DNA of 64,000 nucleotides from an uncultured Actinomycetota bacterium (GTDB lineage Bacteria; Actinomycetota; Acidimicrobiia; Acidimicrobiales; Bog-793), in NCBI GenBank assembly GCA_963735115.1, contig CAVTJR010000003.1, positions 1,096,641 through 1,160,640 of the forward strand, in the 5' to 3' direction. Shown here one piece after another: positions 52,318 to 59,585 of this stretch; the first letter of the stretch is position 1, and each line of letters opens with the position of its first letter. A program made the position numbers and the translations under genes. The notes beneath the pieces were generated by a model that worked only from the letters and a program-made list of their open reading frames with translations, was not told where the DNA came from and made no database searches.

Positions 52318-53052
52318 TCAGGGGGCAGAGGGCGAGAAGATGGCGCGCTTGATGATGAGCCAGAGCGCCTCCTCTGCGCTCGTGGACCACTGCGAGACAG
52401 GCGTGAAGATCGAGCGCGTCTCGCCCCCGAAGAAACCCGACGTTGTCGGCGTGAGAATCGTCAACGCGTAGACGATGTGGACCGCCACGCCCTCGTAGAC
52501 GCCGGTCAGTTCGGTCGCCTGCGTCTCCCCGGCGGCATTCCGCTCGTTCGGCGACTGGCAGATGACCTTGATGTCGGAGACGCCGGAAAGGAGCTCTCCG
52601 GTCAGCTCGGCATAGCTCAACGGTGACAAGCCACTGGGGTTGCCGAGGCTTGCATCCGAGTGTCCGTCAGGCGAGACGATGTCGGCTCCGCCGGCCGTGC
52701 TCGCCGACAGGTGCCAGGAACCGTTCGGGACAAAGACGGTCCAGTTGCTGGCGCTGAGCGTCACCCAAGAAGCCGTACGAGCTTCGTCGGCGCTGGCGGA
52801 CTCGCCCGAGATCGCCTCGATGACGCTGAGCGAGCAAACGCTCGCCGATGTGGTGGTCGGGGGGGAAGAGGAGGTCGTCGGCTGCGCCGGCGCCGTTGTG
52901 GAAGGGCCGGAGGCGGGCGGCGCCGTCGTCGGCAACGCGCCGGAGGAGCCCCCGCAGGCGGCGGCGAGTGCGGGGATGGCGAGGGCAAGAGCGATGAGCC
53001 GGCGCCCGCGCCGGTGAATCCGAACTCTCGGCGGATCCTTCTTGGGCGGCAC
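52318..53052 (-). CDS. hypothetical lipoprotein
   Basis: Lipobox LAAACGG after a hydrophobic signal, followed by a Pro/Thr/Ser linker. Confidence 0.65.
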   Translation of the reverse strand: MPPKKDPPRVRIHRRGRRLIALALAIPALAAACGGSSGALPTTAPPASGPSTTAPAQPTTSSSPPTTTSASVCSLSVIEAISGESASADEARTASWVTLSASNWTVFVPNGSWHLSASTAGGADIVSPDGHSDASLGNPSGLSPLSYAELTGELLSGVSDIKVICQSPNERNAAGETQATELTGVYEGVAVHIVYALTILTPTTSGFFGGETRSIFTPVSQWSTSAEEALWLIIKRAIFSPSAP

Positions 53053-53105
53053 CCGGCGCAGCCTACTGCGGACCTAGTCGCAGCAACGGGGGAGTCGGTT
53101 CCTGG

Positions 53106-53729
53106 TCAGGCGGGCACAACGGCCGAGATCGCCGCCGTTGCAGCATCGAAGTTGCAACTGTTGTGAAGGATGTTGCGAGCGACGCACAGGGCTCCTCCCG
53201 CATAGGCGGGGGAGCTGAACTGCTGGCCGTCGAGAACGTAGGTCACATTCATGCCGGCCCAGGCGTACATCGTTGCGCTACCGCTCGCCGTCACCCCATA
53301 AACGAGCTCGCTGACCGAGCGCGGCGACGTCGTGAGGGCGACTCTCAAACCGCCGATGGAGAGCAGGCGGTCGCCGGCAAGTTCCAGCGGTGGCCAACCA
53401 CGGTCGCTGCCGAGTGACGGGGGAGCGACCACGACGGCGTGGACCAATGTCGGAAGGGGGTAGCCCGGCACGGAGATGAGGCTCACGTGCTGCAGCGTGA
53501 TCGTTTCATCGCTGGTCGTCCCGAGGATGACACCGAAGTCACCGACCTGGCCGTTGAGCACCGGCAAGCCGGTAATGCCGTCGCTGGCAAAGGTGACGGG
53601 TCGGGGAGCTTGTGCAAGGCCGAGTCCGACCCCGAGGACGGTGGCGAGCAGGAGGGCGAGCAAAGCCGTGAACGGCCACCACCGGAGCCGATCCGTCGGC
53701 CGCACTGGCGCAAGCTGCGACTCCAGCAC
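53106..53729 (-). CDS. hypothetical membrane-anchored protein
   Basis: Single N-terminal TM (WWPFTALLALLLATVLGVGLGL). No recognisable domain. Confidence 0.55.
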   Translation of the reverse strand: MLESQLAPVRPTDRLRWWPFTALLALLLATVLGVGLGLAQAPRPVTFASDGITGLPVLNGQVGDFGVILGTTSDETITLQHVSLISVPGYPLPTLVHAVVVAPPSLGSDRGWPPLELAGDRLLSIGGLRVALTTSPRSVSELVYGVTASGSATMYAWAGMNVTYVLDGQQFSSPAYAGGALCVARNILHNSCNFDAATAAISAVVPA

Positions 53730-53787
53730 GACGGCACGCTACTGCGCAGCGAGTCACCCGATCTGATCGTTCTGCACGCTCGGCGCC

Positions 53788-55356
53788 GTGGCAACGGTAG
53801 GTGGGCAAGTAACCTGCCACGCCGTGCCCGGGCGACACTCCACGGCTCAGTGGCCGGCAGCGGTCGCCATCTGGGTTGGCGTGTCCGCCTTTGCCCTCAT
53901 GGCAGCCTGGAGCCTGGCTGCGCCTGTCTACTCCGGACCTGACGAGCCGGCCCAGGTCATCCGCGCAGTGTCCGTCGCCCACGGCGAGATCGTCGGGCAA
54001 CCCTTCCGCGGACCGAAGAACGCCAACACGAGGGTGGTAGTGCCGCAGGCGTACGCGATCGGCCACCATCTCGTGAACTGCTACAAATTCCACCCCGAGG
54101 TGCCGGCCTCGTGCGCCACGCCGGTGTCGATCTCTTCGAAACCGGTTCGGACCGTCACGTACGCGGGCCGTTACCCGCCGCTCTATTACCTGCTCGTGGG
54201 TTGGCCGTCGCTGATCGTCACGTCCAGCCTCGGAGTGCACCTGATCCGCCTCGTCGGCGCGCTGCTCGGCGCTCTCATGCTGGGGCTTGCCGTCTACGCC
54301 GTTCGCCGCTGGTCGACGGCGAGGACACTTCCGCTCGGGGTCTTGGTCGCCGCCACGCCGATGGCGCTCTACCTGGGTGGTGTCGTGAACCCAAACGGTC
54401 TCGAGATCACGGCTGCCATCTGCCTGTGGACGTCGGGACTGGTGCTGTTCACCGAGAACCGTCATGACCCTCCGCCTGGCCTTCTCGCCATCGTCACGCT
54501 CTCGGCGGCCGTGCTCACCTCGATGCGGGGCTTGTCGCCGCTGTGGACCGTTCTCATCCTGGCGATCGTCATCTCGCTCGGCTCCTGGCGTGACACCTGG
54601 CGGCTTCTGCGTACCCGACGGGGCGTCCAGATCTCCGCGGCCGTTCTCCTCGCCGTTGGCGTCGCCGCCGTCGCCTGGATCCTGGGCGACCATGCCCTCG
54701 ATCTGATCCACGCAGGCCTGCAGATCTCGCCCGGGACGTCCAACGGACAGGTCCTTTCGCTCTCGGTGCGCTCTGCTCCCTCGTGGATCCCTCAGATGGT
54801 CGGCATTTTTGGTTCGCTCGATACGCCGGCGCCATCGTGGGCTCTCGACGTCTGGTACGGCTGTGCTCTTGCGGTATTCGCTCTGGGCATGCTGGGCGCC
54901 ACGGCCCGCCGCCGCGCCGCCCTCATCGGGATTGTCCTCGTCGGATTCGTGCTCTCGGTGCTCGTGCAGTACGGGCAAGCCCGTCGTGTCGGTCTCGTGT
55001 GGGAAGGGCGCTACCTGCTGCCTTTTGCCGTCGGACTCGTGCTCGTGTCAACGGCCACCTCCGACCGGCCATCCTGGGGGTGCCCTCTTTGGCGGGCGCT
55101 GACGCCGATTCTCGCCATAGGGGTCTTCGCCGCCGACGCAGGGTCCCTCTTCCAACTGCTCCGGCGCTACACCGTTGGCGCCACTGGCCCCCTCGACCTC
55201 CGCGGCCCGTGGCGACCGCCCGGAGGCCCGTGGCTGCTGCTCGCCATGGCGGCGGTCGCCTCCGCCGCCTTCGCCGGCGGCATGGTGGCCGCCTCTCGAG
55301 GACCGCGTGAAGCCCCTCTGACAACCCTTGGCCCGTCGCTCGACCTTGGCGAATAG
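53788..55356 (+). CDS. DUF2142-like polytopic membrane protein (envelope glycan assembly context)
   Basis: YSGPDEPAQVIRAVSVAHGE after TM1, then at least 10 further TM segments. Confidence 0.65.
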   Translation: MATVGGQVTCHAVPGRHSTAQWPAAVAIWVGVSAFALMAAWSLAAPVYSGPDEPAQVIRAVSVAHGEIVGQPFRGPKNANTRVVVPQAYAIGHHLVNCYKFHPEVPASCATPVSISSKPVRTVTYAGRYPPLYYLLVGWPSLIVTSSLGVHLIRLVGALLGALMLGLAVYAVRRWSTARTLPLGVLVAATPMALYLGGVVNPNGLEITAAICLWTSGLVLFTENRHDPPPGLLAIVTLSAAVLTSMRGLSPLWTVLILAIVISLGSWRDTWRLLRTRRGVQISAAVLLAVGVAAVAWILGDHALDLIHAGLQISPGTSNGQVLSLSVRSAPSWIPQMVGIFGSLDTPAPSWALDVWYGCALAVFALGMLGATARRRAALIGIVLVGFVLSVLVQYGQARRVGLVWEGRYLLPFAVGLVLVSTATSDRPSWGCPLWRALTPILAIGVFAADAGSLFQLLRRYTVGATGPLDLRGPWRPPGGPWLLLAMAAVASAAFAGGMVAASRGPREAPLTTLGPSLDLGE

Positions 55357-55423
55357 CCTTATCGGAGCCATTCGACAAGAGCGTCACCGTCTGAGACAGT
55401 CGTTGCGGCCGGATCTCCAGCGG

Positions 55424-55820
55424 ATGGGGGTCGTGAGGGTGTCTCAGCGGGCGGCACGAGTGGTGGCGGTCGTTCTCGCCGCAGCCGCTCTCGTCGGCGT
55501 CGGCTTCTGGGGTGGCACGATGCTCCCGACTGGCACGGCCACACCGCAGGTCATCACAGGCGTCGTCGGGCTCGTCGGCGGGGTCGGGAACGAGTTCTAC
55601 CTCCGTCCGGTCGGCTCCGGCCAACCCGCCAGCTACGGGCTTTCCGACGACATCCCTTGGCGTGATTGCACACGGCACGTGGAATGAGGGCGTCGCGGCC
55701 ATTGCCTGCATGAAGCCCCTGTCGCATGGTCAACGCATCACGTTCGGGGTCGTCAACGCGAAGACCGAGCAAGGTGCACCCGGCGGGCCGATGGTCGTGT
55801 GGCTGGAGTGTCCCAGCTAG
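55424..55820 (+). pseudogene. small secreted protein split by an apparent +1 frameshift near 55665
   Basis: Signal/TM then ..SYGLSDDIPWRD in one frame. It continues naturally as AHGTWNEGVAAIACMKPL..VVWLECPS in the +1 frame. Confidence 0.35.
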
Positions 55821-55868
55821 GGCGAACGAGTCGGCGGGAGGTGCACCGCCACGGCGGACAACGAGTAG

Positions 55869-56939
55869 GTGTTTACCTCGGTGAACCTCCGGCGAGCTAT
55901 ACACGCTGCGTCGACGGGCACCAGACTTGGGACTGTGGAGCTGATCATCGCCCGGAATCCCGACCCCGACAGCACTCTGCCCTACCTCATGCGGTTGCCG
56001 ATCGGCGACGGGTTGGTGTTCCGAACCAAGGACACGTGGCCGCGAACCGCGGCCGTGTACTGCCACCCGGTTCCCCTCGACGAGTGGCCGGCCGATCCCG
56101 AGGTAGTCGAGCACATGCGCTTGCTGGCGTGCACCCGCCGCGGTGCCGCCATCGACATCGTCGTGGACCGGGGGCGTGAGCAACGCTCGCAGATCGTCTT
56201 CACGACGGCCCGCGGTCGTGACGTGGTCTTCTGGCAGTCGGCCCGGACGCGCAAAAAGGCGCGGCCCGACGTACGCCTCCCGACCGCCCGAGCCGCCCAT
56301 ATCGAACTGTTGGAAATCGCCGTCGACGCTCACGAGCGCTACGCCTACCGATTCGGTGCCCAGCAGGTCCGGGTCGTGGTTCGCGCCCTGCCGTGCGGCG
56401 ATTACGCAGTCACCCTCGCTGGGCGGCTAGTGGCCTCGGTCGAGCGCAAGTCGCTCGCCGACCTGGTGTCCAGCCTGACCACGGGACGCCTCGGTTTCGC
56501 CCTCGGGCAGCTCGCCACGCTGCCGCGTGCGGCAGTGGTGGTGGAGGATCGCTACTCCGAGATCTTTGCCGGCAAGTGGGTACGACCCGCCGTCGTCGCC
56601 GACGCACTGGCCGAGGTACAAGTCCGCTGGCCGAGCGTGCCCATCGTGTTCTGCGAGAACCGCAAGCTGGCTGAGGAGTGGACCTACCGGTACCTCGCCG
56701 CCGCTCACCTCTGGGCCGAGACCGAGGCCCCAGCGATGGCCCGGATGGGCCTTGCCGACGATCAAGCTGCCGGCCCCGCCGCGCCCGAGCCGTCCAGCGC
56801 CGAGCTGCGGGAGTGGGCCCGTGCAAACGGTCTCACCGTCTCCGACCGTGGCCGCATACGACCCCACGTGTTGCAGGCGTGGAAAGACGCCCACGGCGGA
56901 CCCTTGGTCGGCCAAGCGACGGAGGAATGGCCCCGCTAG
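55869..56939 (+). CDS. ERCC4/XPF-type nuclease domain fused to an Lsr2-type C-terminal DNA-binding domain, with an uncharacterised N-terminal domain
   Basis: GDYAV..SVERKSLADLVSSLTTGRLGFALGQL (GDxn-ERKxxxD signature). C-terminus ELREWARANGLTVSDRGRIRPHVLQAW matches the Lsr2 RGRI DNA-binding motif. Confidence 0.75.
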   Translation: MFTSVNLRRAIHAASTGTRLGTVELIIARNPDPDSTLPYLMRLPIGDGLVFRTKDTWPRTAAVYCHPVPLDEWPADPEVVEHMRLLACTRRGAAIDIVVDRGREQRSQIVFTTARGRDVVFWQSARTRKKARPDVRLPTARAAHIELLEIAVDAHERYAYRFGAQQVRVVVRALPCGDYAVTLAGRLVASVERKSLADLVSSLTTGRLGFALGQLATLPRAAVVVEDRYSEIFAGKWVRPAVVADALAEVQVRWPSVPIVFCENRKLAEEWTYRYLAAAHLWAETEAPAMARMGLADDQAAGPAAPEPSSAELREWARANGLTVSDRGRIRPHVLQAWKDAHGGPLVGQATEEWPR

Positions 56940-57026
56940 CCGGAGAGGGCGCCCGGCGACTTGAAGGCGATCGCAATCAAGCCGATTCCTGCGGCCATCA
57001 TTTTTTACAAAAGAGTTGAACCGTCG

Positions 57027-57878
57027 TCAGGCGTCCAGGCTCAACGTGAAGGTCGGCTTCGGCGAGGTGGCGGGCAGCTTGTGCTCATCCGCCAGGAAGC
57101 GGATCGCCGTGCCGGTAGCGAGGAATTCCGTCGCGTGCTCGCCCCACACGTGGTTGAGGACGGCGACGTGGACGCCGACGATCCCACTCGACCTTGCTTG
57201 GCTCGCCTCGGCCTGCATGCGCGACAGCGCCAGCTCACGGGCTTCGTAGATGCCCTGCGTGAAGACCAGCATCTCCTGGTTCTGTCCCGTCTGGCGGAGA
57301 GACTGCATGGCCGACTGATGGGCGATGTGGTACACGCACGTCCCGAGAACAAAGGCGACGGGAACCGAGCCGCCGGCGAGAAGGCGGAAGAAGTCCTGCA
57401 CCGAAAGGTCGGACGTGAAGGGCCTGCCGTCTGGCGCTCGGTGGGCACCGGAACCCCCAATCGCTCTCACCGCGGTCCCTGTGGCGATGAACTCGAGCAC
57501 CTCCTGGCCCCAGACGTAGCTCTGCAGTCGTAGCTCCACCCCGACGATGCCGTCTGCGCCGAGATGCTCCGCTTCAGCTTGCATTCGGCTCATAGCGAGC
57601 TCGCGGGCGTTGTACATCGCCTGCGTGAGGACCTGGAGCTCCTGGTTCTGCGACCAACGCGCAACCTGAAGCCCGATGTGATAAATGGACGACCCGATCA
57701 CGAAGCCGAGTGGCTCGAAACCAGCCTCGCCCAAAAGGACGTACTCAGCCACAGACAGGTCCGACGTGAAGACGCCGGCCGCGTCGGCACCCGCCGTATG
57801 GGCGAGGCGGCCGGCCGCTGCCTCCGGCTCCCAACCGGAGCTTGTCGGATCCGAAGCGGTCCTCCCGAAGAGCGGCAT
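57027..57878 (-). CDS. tandem YbjQ/DUF74 (UPF0145) domain protein
   Basis: Two copies of ..FTSDLSV..F..L...G..P.G.V.G..VYHI.. and ..ARELA(M/L)SRMQAEA...GA(D/S)GIVGV. Confidence 0.8.
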   Translation of the reverse strand: MPLFGRTASDPTSSGWEPEAAAGRLAHTAGADAAGVFTSDLSVAEYVLLGEAGFEPLGFVIGSSIYHIGLQVARWSQNQELQVLTQAMYNARELAMSRMQAEAEHLGADGIVGVELRLQSYVWGQEVLEFIATGTAVRAIGGSGAHRAPDGRPFTSDLSVQDFFRLLAGGSVPVAFVLGTCVYHIAHQSAMQSLRQTGQNQEMLVFTQGIYEARELALSRMQAEASQARSSGIVGVHVAVLNHVWGEHATEFLATGTAIRFLADEHKLPATSPKPTFTLSLDA

Positions 57879-58166
57879 CGAGCCTCCTTCTGACGTGGCT
57901 TCTGTGACGGCGCCTGCGCGGGCGTCGCGGCGAGAGCCGGGCTCGAGCGGATGCTACCGCGGACCCGTCGTAGCCGGTCTGTGTGACCGACGACCTGCAT
58001 GCGTCGGGTCGCTGGCCGCTGCGCCATTACGTCGGCGGCACAACCCCAGGCGAGCGTCATGGGGGGAGCGGCGCCTGTCGCATCTCGGGGCATTCCGCCG
58101 AAACGCGACATAACGGACATTATCGGCGGTTGGGAAGTCGAAGCCGACCTGAATCAGCTGGCGGTG

Positions 58167-58511
58167 TCAGGGCGGCGATACGGCCAGCTCAAATCCTCGA
58201 AGCTCTACCGCGGCTGCGTACAGGTGCCGAAACGCCGCCTCGAAGTCGCCGTCTTCGGCGCAATCCGCGTCGACGTCCTCGAGGGCTGCGGTGATTCGGT
58301 AGACGCCGTCGCGGAGCCGTTCGAAGTCAGAAACGCTGATGGGCACTTCATGCGCCTGCAACGTGCCGGTCAGCTGACGCCTCCTCAGCTCGTAGGCCCG
58401 CTGGCGGCACGACTGGCGGCAGTACTGACGCGGCCGTCCGCGCGCTTCATCGCTCTCGACCAAACTTCGGCCGCACCACTGGCACCTGGGGACCCCGCGT
58501 CCTTTCGTCAC
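58167..58511 (-). CDS. small zinc-ribbon hypothetical protein
   Basis: CQWCG..x17..YCRQSCRQRAYELRRR. GTG start without a clear RBS. Preferred over the overlapping + strand ORF 57999-58607. Confidence 0.45.
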   Translation of the reverse strand: MTKGRGVPRCQWCGRSLVESDEARGRPRQYCRQSCRQRAYELRRRQLTGTLQAHEVPISVSDFERLRDGVYRITAALEDVDADCAEDGDFEAAFRHLYAAAVELRGFELAVSPP

Positions 58512-58587
58512 AGTACGAAAATAGCGTCACAGAGGGCGGCAGAAGCTCAGTTCCGGTATCGCGACCGAGAGAGGAGTTCCGGCCTTC

Positions 58588-59085
58588 TCATAGCGGACGG
58601 CGCATGAGCGACTCGGACAAGGAGGGGTTGCTGCGAACCGGTGCGATCTCGCCAGTGGCCACGAAACCGCAGCGCTCGTAGAAACGGCGAGCTCGGTCGT
58701 TCCCGATCACGACCCAGAGGCTCAGCGTGCGAGCACCATCCGCCACCGCCCAGTCAGCCAGCGTCTCGACGAGCAGGTCGGCCACACCGTGACCTCGGTG
58801 CGCCGGATGGACCCACATAGAGACGACGTGGCGGTCGTCCGGCTCGGTGTCCGGCGCCGAATCGAACGCCGCGATCATCCCCACCGGTTGGCCCTCGCGC
58901 CACGCCAGCCACCATGGAGAGCGTTCGATGCGGGCGCGCCACGCCGAGGAGTCAAAGGAGAGCTCGCGCTCGTAGGTGGAACCGAACGCCGTCGGCGAAT
59001 CCAACATGGCGGCCAAGCGCACGCCCCTCAGGACCTCCCAATCGTCAGCCGTGACAATCCGGATCGACACGCCGTCGGCGCTCAC
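58588..59085 (-). CDS. GNAT-family N-acetyltransferase
   Basis: VHPAHRGHGVADLLVE (acetyl-CoA loop) and RRFYERCGF. Confidence 0.85.
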   Translation of the reverse strand: MSADGVSIRIVTADDWEVLRGVRLAAMLDSPTAFGSTYERELSFDSSAWRARIERSPWWLAWREGQPVGMIAAFDSAPDTEPDDRHVVSMWVHPAHRGHGVADLLVETLADWAVADGARTLSLWVVIGNDRARRFYERCGFVATGEIAPVRSNPSLSESLMRRPL

Positions 59086-59098
59086 TGTCCCGCCGGCC

Positions 59099-59413
59099 TT
59101 ACTTGGCCAACTCCCGCCGTTGCGGCGGGGTGGCGCCGAGCAGGTCGAGGTCCTGCAGCCACGCCAGCGGCGCCACGAGCGAGTCCTTCCGTAGAAAAAA
59201 GAGTCGTACCCGAGCGTCGCTCTGTGAGCGTTCGTCGTCGACGATCCCCGAGCTGAGGAGGATTCGTAAGTGGCGGCTCATGACGGGCGCCGATACGTGG
59301 ACAGCATCAGCGAGGTCGCCCGCCCGCCGTGGTCCGTCTCGCAAGAGCTCGATCACGGCTCTGCGCGTCGCATCGCCGAGCACGGCGAAGAGGCGATCCA
59401 TCTCTTGACTCAT
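59099..59413 (-). CDS. ArsR/SmtB-family transcriptional regulator
   Basis: FAVLGDATRRAVIELLRDGPRRAGDLADAVHVSAPVMSRHLRIL. ATG 59413 (TTG 59416 in the track). Confidence 0.85.
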   Translation of the reverse strand: MSQEMDRLFAVLGDATRRAVIELLRDGPRRAGDLADAVHVSAPVMSRHLRILLSSGIVDDERSQSDARVRLFFLRKDSLVAPLAWLQDLDLLGATPPQRRELAK

Positions 59414-59440
59414 CAAAACTCAATCATTACCATCTAATCT

Positions 59441-59466
59441 AACTATTTGCAAGACAGCCAATAGTT
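59441..59466. promoter_or_regulatory. inverted repeat AACTATT-N12-AATAGTT in an AT-rich spacer (candidate ArsR operator)
   Basis: Perfect 7-bp arms, 25-50 nt upstream of the arsR-like start, in the most AT-rich stretch I noticed in the window. Confidence 0.4.
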
Positions 59467-59585
59467 TCCAATCTGGCCCTCAATCGGCGACGGCCGTGGC
59501 AAGGACGGCCGGCACCGGCCGAGGCTCTCGTAGCACGGGAGGTGCTGTCGGCGAAGGCTGCATCCACTACGCCAGCGTCACGTAC

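Noticed and set aside
57999-58607. 202-aa + strand ORF overlapping the zinc-ribbon gene
   Set aside because: It has no motifs and reads through the stop region of the GNAT gene. The antisense 114-aa ORF has a coherent CxxC..CxxxC ribbon, so I preferred that one, although confidence is low.
58588-59416. ArsR-GNAT pair as a GNAT-toxin/antitoxin (TacAT-like) module
   Set aside because: The upstream protein is a standard ArsR/SmtB winged-helix regulator, not an RHH/DUF1778 antitoxin. The GNAT shows no features specific to tRNA-acetylating toxins that I can see.
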